Assembly: GCA_043823085.1 (NCBI GenBank)
Contig: JBDRBE010000004.1
Span: forward strand, 5,510-69,509
Source: Candidatus Levyibacteriota bacterium
Lineage (GTDB): Bacteria > Patescibacteriota > Microgenomatia > Levybacterales > UBA12049
DNA: 64,000 nt
Direction: 5' to 3'
Of this stretch, positions 44,608 through 54,477 are shown piece after piece. The stretch's first letter is position 1. Every line of letters starts with the position of its first letter. The notes beneath the pieces are model-generated. The model saw only the letters and a list, made by a program, of their open reading frames with translations, was not told the DNA's origin and searched no databases. A program made the translations under genes and the position numbers.

Positions 44608-46482
44608 ATGTATTGGATATTATTTCTTCTAGCCGTTTTTTTAAACGGATATATTCTGAATAGTTTTTTTCTGCCAAAAAACAAAGGAATATTAGAATTC
44701 GTTAATGCGTTTATTTTAGGTTCATTTTTTTCCGTAAATTATATTTATTTTTTAAATATTTTGCTATTAAATTTATCGCTGGCAACAATTGTTTATCTTT
44801 TAACATCATTATTTTTAATTTTTATATTTAAAAAGAATCTATTAAAAAACTTTTTATCAATTTTTACCTCTTTAAATAAGAGGGAGGGAATATTTTTTTC
44901 AATAATTTTTATCGGTGCTTCATATCTTTTTTTTAAAACGTTCAATTATGATTCAAAAACAGGAGAATTTTTAATTGCATCAAATATTTATTTAGATTTT
45001 GGTTCACACGTTCCTTTTATTCGATCCTTTTCTTTGGGAAATAACTTTCCGGCGGAAGTTCCTTTTTTCGCCAATAATGGACTGATTTATCATTTTATGT
45101 TTGATTTATACGCCGGTATTTTGGAGTATTTAGGGCTTAGAATAGATATCGCATTTAATCTGGTCAGCATATTAGCCTTTGCAGGCCTATTTATTTATAT
45201 CTATAAATTAAGTCAAAAGATTTTTGATAGTGGAGTTTTGATCCCGATTGTTACGGTTATGCTTTGTCTTTTTAATAGCAGTCTTTCTTTTCTCTTATTT
45301 TTTAAAAAAAATGGGTTTAGTCCTTCAGCAATATCGTCTTTTTGGCATAATACGTTTTATTTAGATGATTTATACAAACCTTTTACAGGTGATTTTGCAG
45401 TTGCCGGATTTTGGAGTCTTAACACATTGTTCAACCAAAGACATTTAATTTTTGGGCTTTTAGTTGCGTTTCTCTGTATTTATATATTGTTAAACATCAT
45501 TGACTTGGGAAATAAACCAAAAATTAGAACGCTAGTTTTTTTAGGGGCGATAATCGGTCTCATGCCTTTTTGGCATTCAATGATGTTCATGGCGATTATT
45601 TTTGTTTTGGCAGGGTTTATCATTTTAAGCAAGTCATTGCGCAAGCAATTTTTAATCTTGTTATTAATAGCATTGATATTCGCTTTGCCGGAATTTTTTG
45701 CGATTAAGTTGCATTCTGAAAATACAATTATTTTTAAACCTGGATTTTTAGCTAATGAAAACTTTTCAATTATAAATTTCATTAAGTTTTGGTTCTATAA
45801 TTTGGGATTTAGTATTTTAACATTGCCGATTGGGTTCTTTTTGGCTAATAATAAACAAAGAAAGATTTTTCTTGTGTTTATGCTGCTTTTTATAATTCCA
45901 AATTTATTCCAATTTAGCAATCGATTTGTCTTTGATGATCATAAATTCTTTAATTTATGGATTCTTTTAATGAATGGATTTTCGGCGTTTGCTCTTATTG
46001 CAATCTATAAAAAAAATATTTTTGGTAAAACATTTTCTGTTTCTGTTTTTATTCTTTTGACGCTTTCAGGTATTATTAGCATCATGGTTGCAAAAAATGA
46101 CGTTTATGCTCGTATAATCGATTATCCAAAAAATTCTTTTCTTTCGTGGTCAATAAAAAATATTCCAAAAAATGCAATTGTTGCAACTAGCGGAGAAATT
46201 TATGATCCGATGTCTATAATTGGAAAGAAAACAATAATGGGCAGAGCTCACTATGTTTTTGTTTATGGGGGTAATCCAAGCCAAAGGCTTATGGAACAAG
46301 ATGAGATCCTTGCTGGCAATATTGCAAAAACAAAAGAGGTAATAAAAAGAGATAATATTAATTATATTGTTTTATATAAAAATGGTTTTGCAAAAAATAA
46401 TAAAGAATATGATTTAAAGTTGATTGAAAAGGAGTTTAAAAAAATTTATGATGACAAGTATGGCACGATTTTTAAAATTTAA
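44608..46482 (+). CDS. Large multi-pass membrane protein, probable GT-C glycosyltransferase
   Basis: YLDFGSH...SFSLGNNFP..PFF....YHF..D loop, QR motif, soluble C-terminal domain. Confidence 0.7.
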   Translation: MYWILFLLAVFLNGYILNSFFLPKNKGILEFVNAFILGSFFSVNYIYFLNILLLNLSLATIVYLLTSLFLIFIFKKNLLKNFLSIFTSLNKREGIFFSIIFIGASYLFFKTFNYDSKTGEFLIASNIYLDFGSHVPFIRSFSLGNNFPAEVPFFANNGLIYHFMFDLYAGILEYLGLRIDIAFNLVSILAFAGLFIYIYKLSQKIFDSGVLIPIVTVMLCLFNSSLSFLLFFKKNGFSPSAISSFWHNTFYLDDLYKPFTGDFAVAGFWSLNTLFNQRHLIFGLLVAFLCIYILLNIIDLGNKPKIRTLVFLGAIIGLMPFWHSMMFMAIIFVLAGFIILSKSLRKQFLILLLIALIFALPEFFAIKLHSENTIIFKPGFLANENFSIINFIKFWFYNLGFSILTLPIGFFLANNKQRKIFLVFMLLFIIPNLFQFSNRFVFDDHKFFNLWILLMNGFSAFALIAIYKKNIFGKTFSVSVFILLTLSGIISIMVAKNDVYARIIDYPKNSFLSWSIKNIPKNAIVATSGEIYDPMSIIGKKTIMGRAHYVFVYGGNPSQRLMEQDEILAGNIAKTKEVIKRDNINYIVLYKNGFAKNNKEYDLKLIEKEFKKIYDDKYGTIFKI

Positions 46483-48100
46483 ATACATATTATTAGTATT
46501 AATAATTAGTTTCTTTTCGGTCCTGGCATTATTGCCTCACGGTTTGCTGCCAACCCATGATGGCGAGTATCATGTCATAAGATTTTACGAGTTTGATAAA
46601 GTTTTACGAGACGGAAATTTTTATCCGAGATGGGCTCCCGATTTAAATAATGGTTTTGGCGTGCCGCTTTTTAACTATGTTTATCCGTTGCCAAATTACT
46701 TTGCTTCTTTGCTTCATCTCTTTGGGATAAGTTTTATTGATTCCTTTAAGCTAAACATGTTTTTTGCATCGATTTTTGGAACTATATTTTTCTATCTTTG
46801 GACAAGACGATTTTGGGGAAATTTGGGAGGTGTTGTTTCTTGCGCCTTCTATTCGTTTTCTCCATATCGGTTTGTTGATGTTTACATTAGGGGGTCTGTA
46901 GGTGAAATTTGGGCGCTTGCTTTTTTCCCGGCCTTTCTTTGGTCAATAACCAATTTCATAAAAACAAAAAGCATGAAGGATTTTGTTCTGTCAAGTTTAT
47001 TTTTATCGGCATTAATTTTTTCTCATAATATCTTGGCGTTAATGTTTTTCTTTTTCTCAATGTCGTATGTAGCCTTTTTAATTTTAAAAGAAGAAAATAA
47101 AAAAGATGTAGTATTAAAAATTTTACTCATAATATTTTTAGGATTAGGTTTGTCTTCGATTTTTTGGCTTCCGGCAGTTTTAGAAACAAAGTTCGTTACA
47201 GGGCTTCAGATTTATAATGTAAAAGAAAATTTTCCAGATCTTTTTGCGCTTTTAATTCCATCTTGGGGGTCGGGTTTTTCAGGGGGAAGTCTTCAAAATC
47301 AAATGTCTTTTCAAATAGGGATTGCTAATTTGTTTGCAGTTTTTTCATCTGTAATTATTTTGGTTTTATCGATAAGGAAAAAAGCTGAATACAAAAGCTC
47401 AATATTCTTTTTTCTAACTTGGTTTGTAATTACATTTTTTTTGATGCTTAAAACTTCCTTGCCGATTTGGGAAAAAGTTCCTTTTATGGATTATTTCCAA
47501 TTTCCTTGGCGTTTCTTGAGTCTTGAAATTGTTGTAGCGTCTTTTCTAGCAGGTAGTATCGTAAAAGCCCACAAGCCAAAATTACTGGCGGCATTTTTTA
47601 TTATTTTAGTTTTTTTGTTAGGCATAGGATATGCAAAACCAGCTTATTATTTTAACAGAGATGATAATTATTATGTGACTCGTTCTAATTTTATAGACGG
47701 GACAAATAGTCCGGGAAATTTTTTCAACACAATTTGGATGAATAATCAGTTGGCAAAACAAAAAGAAAAAATTATTCTCAAAAAAGAAGACGGAGAAATT
47801 AATTCGTTTAAAATTAAGTCAACAATTTACGAGTTTAATGTTTTTATAAAAAAAGATTTAAAAATTGCTGTAAATACTGCTTATTTTCCGGGTTGGATTG
47901 CTACTGTTGATGGAAGAAACGTTGAAACGTTTTACGATAAAGACGGACTTCTTACTTTTTCCGTTCCCAAGGGAAACCATAATATAATGGTTAGGTTTTC
48001 AGAAACGCCAATTAGAAAAATCGCATTAGTTTGGACTTTAACATCAATTTGTCTATTGGCTTTATTTGGTGTAAGCCGCTATGTTAAAATTAAAAAATGA
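46460..48100 (+). CDS. GT-C membrane protein (PTPS-related family paralog)
   Basis: THDGEYH, YPRWAPDLNNGFGVPLFNYVYP, RGSVGE, SHN, QFPWRF, YFPGW, VPKGNH. Start uncertain (46448, 46451 or 46460). Confidence 0.8.
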   Translation: MARFLKFKYILLVLIISFFSVLALLPHGLLPTHDGEYHVIRFYEFDKVLRDGNFYPRWAPDLNNGFGVPLFNYVYPLPNYFASLLHLFGISFIDSFKLNMFFASIFGTIFFYLWTRRFWGNLGGVVSCAFYSFSPYRFVDVYIRGSVGEIWALAFFPAFLWSITNFIKTKSMKDFVLSSLFLSALIFSHNILALMFFFFSMSYVAFLILKEENKKDVVLKILLIIFLGLGLSSIFWLPAVLETKFVTGLQIYNVKENFPDLFALLIPSWGSGFSGGSLQNQMSFQIGIANLFAVFSSVIILVLSIRKKAEYKSSIFFFLTWFVITFFLMLKTSLPIWEKVPFMDYFQFPWRFLSLEIVVASFLAGSIVKAHKPKLLAAFFIILVFLLGIGYAKPAYYFNRDDNYYVTRSNFIDGTNSPGNFFNTIWMNNQLAKQKEKIILKKEDGEINSFKIKSTIYEFNVFIKKDLKIAVNTAYFPGWIATVDGRNVETFYDKDGLLTFSVPKGNHNIMVRFSETPIRKIALVWTLTSICLLALFGVSRYVKIKK

Positions 48101-49164
48101 AAGTTGCTATTGATATATCGCCTCTCAAGTCAGGTCATAAGGTGAGAGGAGTGGGGTTTTATTTAGAAAATTTAAAAAAATCACTTGTTGAATACGAAAA
48201 TTCTATTGAGTATGTTTTTTTTGATGAAGAAAAAGAAATACCTAATAATATTGATCTTGTTCACTATCCTTATTTTGACCCCTTTTTTTTAACATTACCA
48301 ATATTCAAGAAATACAAAACTATTGTTACAGTTCACGATTTAACTCCTCTTGTTTTCCCCAAAGCTTTTCCGAAGGGATTAAAAGGGAATATTAAATGGC
48401 AGATGCAAAAGATAGCGTTAAGAACAACCTGTGCAGTTATCACTGATTCCAAAGCTTCAAAATCAGATATCGTAAAGTTTACAGGAATAAATGAAGAAGA
48501 AATTCACGTAGTTTACTTGGCGGCAGGGGAAGAATTTATGAAGATGGAAGATGCCCGCCTGCCGGACGGGCAGGGAAGATGGAAGATGGAAATTAGAAAA
48601 AAATATAATTTGCCAGAGAAATTTGTTTTATATGTTGGAGATGTGACATGGAATAAGAATTTGCCAAGACTAGTGGAAGCTTTGAAGAAAACCAATTTAC
48701 CCTTGGTTATGGTTGGTAAAGCAATTGCAAGTAATGATTTTGATAAGAATAATTTTTGGAATTCTGATTTGACTAAAGTTCAAAATTTAATAAAAGGTGA
48801 TGAAAGATTTTTAAGGCTTGGATTTGTTCCTACAATTGATTTAGTTTGTCTTTATAATCTTGCAACTGTTTTTGTTATGCCATCTCTTTATGAAGGTTTT
48901 GGGTTACCGGTATTGGAAGCCATGAGTTGTGGTTGTCCAGTTGTGACAACGAAAGAGGGTTCATTAAAAGAAATCGCCGGGGATGCGGCGTTTTTTGTTG
49001 AAGCTTACGATACGGAAAGTATTGCAGACGGAATTAATAAAGTTTTTAGCGATAAGTTAATTCAGGAGAATTTATCTAGAGAAGGGTTAGTTTGGGCTAA
49101 AAATTTTAAGTGGAAAAAAACAGCTAAAAATACAGCCGCTGTTTATAAAAGTTTAACTTCATGA
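48097..49164 (+). CDS. GT4 glycosyltransferase (mannosyltransferase MtfB/WbaZ-like)
   Basis: RGVGFY, TVHDL.P, KNLPRL, PSLYEGFGLPVLEAMSCGCPV. Confidence 0.92.
   Translation: MKVAIDISPLKSGHKVRGVGFYLENLKKSLVEYENSIEYVFFDEEKEIPNNIDLVHYPYFDPFFLTLPIFKKYKTIVTVHDLTPLVFPKAFPKGLKGNIKWQMQKIALRTTCAVITDSKASKSDIVKFTGINEEEIHVVYLAAGEEFMKMEDARLPDGQGRWKMEIRKKYNLPEKFVLYVGDVTWNKNLPRLVEALKKTNLPLVMVGKAIASNDFDKNNFWNSDLTKVQNLIKGDERFLRLGFVPTIDLVCLYNLATVFVMPSLYEGFGLPVLEAMSCGCPVVTTKEGSLKEIAGDAAFFVEAYDTESIADGINKVFSDKLIQENLSREGLVWAKNFKWKKTAKNTAAVYKSLTS
48541..48589 (+). repeat. (aagatgg)4 array interrupted by a 21-bp palindromic insert
   Basis: aagatgg aagatg[cccgcctgccggacgggcagg]g aagatgg aagatgg; insert stem cctgcc/ggcagg. 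Confidence 0.9.
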
Positions 49165-50426
49165 AGAAAAAAATCCTTTATTTAATCAAGAACCCTTTAA
49201 TTTCTGGCAGTACAATTATTTTTTTTGGTTTGGGATTGGCTAATCTTTTGAACTATTTTTTTAATTTGAGCATGGGGAGACTGCTTTCAGTTTCAGACTA
49301 TGGCACATTAGGTTCTTTAATATCAATCGTTAATATTTTTAATATTGTAGCATTGACGATAACCGTTGTTTTTACTAAATTCACAGCTTCCTTTTTGGGT
49401 CAAAACAAAGAAACAAGTATTCCGCTCCTTTTTCGTAAAGGAACGCTTTGGATTGGTGCAATAAGCTTATTTATTCTAGTGGTGCTCGTTATTTCATCTG
49501 GTCAAATTGCGCATTTTCTAAACATAAAAGATAAATTTTTAATAGATATAATTTCTTTAGCAGTTTTTTTCCTTTTGCTTCTTGCGGTCGTATTCGGTAT
49601 TGTTCAGGGACTTCTTAAATTTACTTTTTATTCAATCTCCAATATTTTAGTTTCTCTTGTTAAATTAGTTTTAGGTGTTGTTTTAGTTTTTTTAGGATTT
49701 CGGGTATTTGGTTCAGTATTGGCAATTATGGTCTCGTTAGCATTGGGATATTTTTTCACTTTTTTCTATATCCGCCGTTTTTTTCTTAAAAATAAAACAA
49801 AAGATTTTGCAATCCCTAATTTAGCAAGCACGCTTTCAGGCTACGGAATTCCTGTGCTTTTGGCAAATCTTGGTATAATTTCCATTATTTCAATGGATCT
49901 TATTGTTGTAAAACACTTCTTTTCGGATACTATTTCCGGTCAATATGCGGCACTATCTCTGATGGGGAGGTCGATATCCTACGTGGTTACTCCAATTCTT
50001 CTTGTGCTTTTTCCTCTTATTGCACAAAAAAAAGAACGTCGGGAAAAATTACTTGGAACGGTTTTCCTTTCGGCGCTTCTCATTGGAGTACCTTCAATAT
50101 CCTTAAGTGCACTATATTTTTTATTCCCAAATATCGTTTTAAAGATTTTTTTCCCCGCACAAGCATATGCAACACTCGCTCAATTTCTAGGTCCTTTTTC
50201 TATTTTTATTCTTTTTTACACATTTGCATCACTTCTAAACAGTTTTTATCTGTCAATTGGAAAAACTAAAGTGTTTATTTTTAATCTTATTGCTCTTTTT
50301 TTGGAAATCTTATTTATTACTTTTTTCCATGCAAATATTTCTCAAGTGGTTACAGGGTTAATTGGAATATCTTTTTTACTTCTTTTAGCGCTTTTGCTAT
50401 ACTACCCACATGCAACAAAAAAATAA
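49161..50426 (+). CDS. Wzx-like oligosaccharide flippase
   Basis: About 12 TMs; MGRLLSVSDYG, QGLLKF, MDLIVVKHFF, GQYAALS, LFP. Confidence 0.85.
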   Translation: MKKKILYLIKNPLISGSTIIFFGLGLANLLNYFFNLSMGRLLSVSDYGTLGSLISIVNIFNIVALTITVVFTKFTASFLGQNKETSIPLLFRKGTLWIGAISLFILVVLVISSGQIAHFLNIKDKFLIDIISLAVFFLLLLAVVFGIVQGLLKFTFYSISNILVSLVKLVLGVVLVFLGFRVFGSVLAIMVSLALGYFFTFFYIRRFFLKNKTKDFAIPNLASTLSGYGIPVLLANLGIISIISMDLIVVKHFFSDTISGQYAALSLMGRSISYVVTPILLVLFPLIAQKKERREKLLGTVFLSALLIGVPSISLSALYFLFPNIVLKIFFPAQAYATLAQFLGPFSIFILFYTFASLLNSFYLSIGKTKVFIFNLIALFLEILFITFFHANISQVVTGLIGISFLLLLALLLYYPHATKK

Positions 50427-51210
50427 TCTTGTTTCTCTTATTATCCCTGCATTTAAGCAAGAAAAAACGATAAAGAAAGATCTTATACGTATCAAAAACG
50501 TTATAGATCAATTAAGATATGAATACGAAATTATTGTTGTTGTTGATGGCCGTCTTGATAAAACCTTTGAAAAAGCTTCAGAAATAAAATCTGAGAAAAT
50601 AAAGGTTATTGGTTATCAGAATAATTATGGCAAAGGACATGCTGTTAGATTTGGTATGGCAAAGGCAAAAGGGGATATAGTTGCTTTTATTGATTCGGGG
50701 ATGGATATTAATCCTAATGGTTTATCGATGCTTTTGGAGCACTTTGAATGGTATAATGCGGATATTATTGTTGGATCAAAGCTTCATCCTGTTTCAAAAG
50801 TAAGTTATCCACCTTACAGAAAAATCTTATCTTTCGGGTATAGAATTTTGGTAAGAATACTTTTTGGTTTATCAATCAAAGATACTCAAGTTGGGATGAA
50901 GTTCTTCAGAAGAAAAGTCTTGGAAGATGTTCTACCGCGGCTTTTGGTTAAAACATACGCTTTTGATATTGAAATATTAGCAGTTTCTTATTATCTTGGA
51001 TATAAAAGAATTTTTGAAGCTCCTATAGAGCTTGATTTTGGCGGAGAAACATCCATCGTTTCAAAAGGTTTTTGGCGAACAATATTTCATATGCTTTGGG
51101 ATACGCTAGCCGTGTTTTACAGGCTTAAAATTCTAAGGTATTATGATAATAGAAATAAAAGAAAATGGAGATTCGATCCGGATTTAAACTTCAAAATAAA
51201 TCTACAGTAA
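50410..51210 (+). CDS. GT2 polyprenyl-phosphate glycosyltransferase-like
   Basis: SLIIPAF, VVDG, NYGKGHAV, FIDSG, DTQVGMK, YAFDIEIL. Confidence 0.88.
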   Translation: MQQKNNLVSLIIPAFKQEKTIKKDLIRIKNVIDQLRYEYEIIVVVDGRLDKTFEKASEIKSEKIKVIGYQNNYGKGHAVRFGMAKAKGDIVAFIDSGMDINPNGLSMLLEHFEWYNADIIVGSKLHPVSKVSYPPYRKILSFGYRILVRILFGLSIKDTQVGMKFFRRKVLEDVLPRLLVKTYAFDIEILAVSYYLGYKRIFEAPIELDFGGETSIVSKGFWRTIFHMLWDTLAVFYRLKILRYYDNRNKRKWRFDPDLNFKINLQ

Positions 51211-51220
51211 AGCTTGCCTT

Positions 51221-52480
51221 ATGAAAAAAAAGATACAGTTAGCCTTCAAACACCCCATTATTTCGGGAAGCATTATTATTTTTTTAGGAGCAACACTCGC
51301 AAGTTTTTTTAGCTTCTTGTTTAATCTTTTTATGACCAGAAATCTTTCGGTTGTTGATTATGGAGTATTAGCAAGTTTACTTTCTCTGACTACGTTTTTT
51401 GGATTAGTAGGAGGTGCATTTGTTCCAACCATAGTTAACTTTGCCGGAGGTTATTTTGCAAAAAAAGAATATAACAAAGCTTTCGGACTTTTCAGAAAAC
51501 TTAGTTTTTTTTCTTTTTTTCTTGGTTTTATTATTTTTATTAATTTTTTATTGTTCCAAAAACAAATTGGAAGTTTTTTTAATATTCAGGAGCAATCGTT
51601 AATTCCTCTTATAGGGCTTATGATTCTTTTAGGCTATATGAGCATAGTTAATACCGCATTTCTTCAAGCTAAACTTGCTTTTTCATTCTTATCTTTCAAC
51701 AGTTTCATGTCTGGGTTTTTGAAGCTTTTGTTTGGAATAATATTTATTTTTTTGGGATTTAGAGTAGCAGGAGCCTTGTGGGCGAATACACTTTCAGGGA
51801 TAATACCTTATTTAGTAACGTTTTTAGCCTTGAAATTTCTTTTTTCTTCAAAGGTTGATTCAGCTGTTGAAATTAAGAAAGTCATTTCATATGGTGCTCC
51901 TGCTGCAGTTTCACTTGTTAGCCTATCTTCTTTTGTTACGACTGATATTATTTTAGTAAAACATTTTTTTACTCCGGAACTTGCTGGAATCTATGCCGGC
52001 ATATCTTTAATTGCGAGAATTATTTTCTTTTTTTCAGCTCCAGTTGGAACAGTCATGTTTTCTCTTATAGTTCAAAAACATACTCGAAAAGAAAATTATA
52101 ACGGGGATTTTTTACTTTCTTTGTTTCTGGTTCTTGTTCCTTCGTTATGTCTTAGCCTTATTTATTTCATTTTCCCGCAATTTATATTGTCAGTCTCTAC
52201 AAAGTCAGAGTATGTTAAAGGAGCATCTATGCTTGGAATATTTAGTATTTTTTCGACATTATATGCACTGTTATATTTATTCACAAATTTCTACTTATCA
52301 GTAAAAAAAACAATGATCTTTTTACCTCTTGCTTTTGGAGCAGTTGCTCAAGCAGTGCTTATTTGGTTTTTTCATAGTTCATTTTTTCAGGTTATTTTAA
52401 TTTCCATTGGTATTACCGGATTACTCGTTATCGCTCTTTTTTTACATTACTTCAAATCCTACTTAAAACAGAATAGTTGA
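51221..52480 (+). CDS. Wzx-like oligosaccharide flippase (paralog of 49161)
   Basis: HPIISGS, MTRNLSVVDYG, TDIILVKHFF, GIYAGIS. Confidence 0.85.
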   Translation: MKKKIQLAFKHPIISGSIIIFLGATLASFFSFLFNLFMTRNLSVVDYGVLASLLSLTTFFGLVGGAFVPTIVNFAGGYFAKKEYNKAFGLFRKLSFFSFFLGFIIFINFLLFQKQIGSFFNIQEQSLIPLIGLMILLGYMSIVNTAFLQAKLAFSFLSFNSFMSGFLKLLFGIIFIFLGFRVAGALWANTLSGIIPYLVTFLALKFLFSSKVDSAVEIKKVISYGAPAAVSLVSLSSFVTTDIILVKHFFTPELAGIYAGISLIARIIFFFSAPVGTVMFSLIVQKHTRKENYNGDFLLSLFLVLVPSLCLSLIYFIFPQFILSVSTKSEYVKGASMLGIFSIFSTLYALLYLFTNFYLSVKKTMIFLPLAFGAVAQAVLIWFFHSSFFQVILISIGITGLLVIALFLHYFKSYLKQNS

Positions 52481-52490
52481 ATTAATCCGC

Positions 52491-53081
52491 TTATTTGCTG
52501 ATTTTTACTTTAATAAAATTATTTGTAAAACTAAAAACTTTTTCTCTCAGCAGGAAATAAATAAGATTTCCAATTATTCCAAATAAAATTATCAGTACTA
52601 TTAATTCTAAAGATGTTAAGGTTGTAAAAATATCAGCTGTAAGTTTCTGAAAATTGAAGATAATATCCCATGAATTTAATCTATGCATTCTTCCTAAAAT
52701 AACTCCAAACGAAATTAAAAAAATAAGAATTATTATCAACGTTCTCCTCAAAAGTCGCTTATGTATATAATAGGACAGGAATCCTTCTAAAGGGTATACT
52801 CCATAAATAAATGTCAGAGCACCAATTGTTAAAAAAAGCAAATACTGAATTATAAGTAAAAAAACTTCAAAATTACTTACGAGATTAATCTGTTTAATTA
52901 AATGAATAATATCAGTTAAAATATAGATGGTGTTTGGAAGAAATATTAACCAAAGTAGTCCAAAAATTATCTTAAATATTATTTGGCGAGAATTCATTGC
53001 AATCCAACCCGCTAAAACAGCAAATAATGCTAAGGCGATGTTAAAACTCATCCAAAGTGCGTTTTCAACAAAGATGCTCAT
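52491..53081 (-). CDS. DUF1361-like membrane protein
   Basis: WM.FNI.LA, WLIFLPNTIYILTDIIH, GVILGR..RLNSWD. Confidence 0.8.
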   Translation of the reverse strand: MSIFVENALWMSFNIALALFAVLAGWIAMNSRQIIFKIIFGLLWLIFLPNTIYILTDIIHLIKQINLVSNFEVFLLIIQYLLFLTIGALTFIYGVYPLEGFLSYYIHKRLLRRTLIIILIFLISFGVILGRMHRLNSWDIIFNFQKLTADIFTTLTSLELIVLIILFGIIGNLIYFLLREKVFSFTNNFIKVKISK

Positions 53082-53154
53082 AATTTATTTTAAATGCTAA
53101 TTCTTAATGATGCAAGAAAGAACAACGATAACTTTTTGGGAAGTAATTGTAAGC

Positions 53155-54387
53155 CTATACGATCTTGAAATCTTCGTTTGGAAGTATAAATTTTACGCCT
53201 TGTTTTCTTAAAGCGGCATTTTTATTCAGAATTTCTTCCGCAAAATTCCATGCTAATATTACAACGTAATCAGGAGAATCAGAAAGAACCTTATTTTCGT
53301 GATAAATTGGAACGTGGCTGTTAGGAAGGAATAAGCCCTGTTTGTAAGGCGTGGAATCGACGATATAAGATAAGTCTTTTTTTGTAATTTTACAGTAATT
53401 AAGAAAAGTATTCCCCTTAGCAGGAGCTCCATATCCAACGATTTTCTTTTTCTTTGCTTTTAGTTTATTGATGAGTTTTCTGAATTTTATTTTCCGCTCA
53501 ATAACACTTTTTGCAAATTTTTCGTATGGAGCCAATGTATCCAGTTTGTATAGTCGCTCTTTTTCTAAAAATTTCTCAACTTCAGGATATTTCTCATTTT
53601 CCTTCCTCTTCTTTCTAACGAATACTCTTACAGAGCCTCCATCTAAGTCCATGTGCTCTATATCAAATATTTCAAGACTGGTTAAAGTGAATAATCGAAC
53701 GAGGGGATGAATAGAGAAGTATGATAAATGTTCATGATAAATTGTATCAAACTCACAGTATTCTAAAAAATCAATTAGATATGGAAATTCAATTGTAAAA
53801 ATTCCGTTGTCTGCTATAAGGGTTTCGATACCTTTAATAAATTCCTTAATATTGTCTACGTGGGCAAAGACATTGGTAGCCGTAATAATTTTTGCCTTGC
53901 CATGATCTTTTACAATTTTTTGCGCTGTTTTCTTTGTGAAAAAAGTATTAACAGTATGGATTCCTTTGAGTTCTGCTACTTTTGCAAGATTTACAGACGG
54001 ATCAACTCCCAAAATTCTAATGCCATACTGCATAAAACATTCTAACAGCGAGCCATCATTGCTTCCTATATCTATGACGAGATCTTTAGAGGATGCTTTT
54101 GTTCTGGTTGCAAGGGTTTGAGCCAGTTCGTAAAAATGGTTGATTCTTGTTTTGGAGGCAGATGGAATATATAGATAGTTTTTAAACATTAATTTGCCTG
54201 GAATAATTTCTTTGAGTTGCACCAATAAACACTCTTTACATAAACATAGTGTTAAGGGGTATTTAAGTTCTTTTTTTGATAAGTTTTCCTTACGAACAAA
54301 CCCATTTGCCAAGGGCTGATTACCCAAAGAAAGAAATTTATGTAATTTCCTGTTTTCACAAACACGGCATTGATTCATTTTTCCCAT
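53155..54387 (-). CDS. NDP-sugar C-methyltransferase family (Zn-binding, SAM-dependent)
   Basis: CRVC and CKECLLVQL Zn ligands, DIGSNDGSLL, NVFAH, FDTIYHEHLSYF, YGAPAKGNT, LAWNF. The start may be ATG 54378. Confidence 0.9.
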   Translation of the reverse strand: MGKMNQCRVCENRKLHKFLSLGNQPLANGFVRKENLSKKELKYPLTLCLCKECLLVQLKEIIPGKLMFKNYLYIPSASKTRINHFYELAQTLATRTKASSKDLVIDIGSNDGSLLECFMQYGIRILGVDPSVNLAKVAELKGIHTVNTFFTKKTAQKIVKDHGKAKIITATNVFAHVDNIKEFIKGIETLIADNGIFTIEFPYLIDFLEYCEFDTIYHEHLSYFSIHPLVRLFTLTSLEIFDIEHMDLDGGSVRVFVRKKRKENEKYPEVEKFLEKERLYKLDTLAPYEKFAKSVIERKIKFRKLINKLKAKKKKIVGYGAPAKGNTFLNYCKITKKDLSYIVDSTPYKQGLFLPNSHVPIYHENKVLSDSPDYVVILAWNFAEEILNKNAALRKQGVKFILPNEDFKIV

Positions 54388-54477
54388 TATATAGTAACTT
54401 TTTTAAAAAAACAATCTACATCTGCGACATACTTTTATTTTTTTACAGCTATGATATACTTAATCAGTTTCAGGCAG

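Noticed and set aside
9125-48100. 6-pyruvoyl-tetrahydropterin synthase activity for the four 'PTPS-related' proteins
   Set aside because: The name is only a family label. These are multi-TM proteins with GT-C-like loops and no PTPS/QueD motifs.
4025-52480. Poly-T and poly-A runs of 7-9 nt as phase-variation tracts
   Set aside because: They are expected from Phe/Lys codons in AT-rich membrane-protein genes, and no frameshifted gene was seen.
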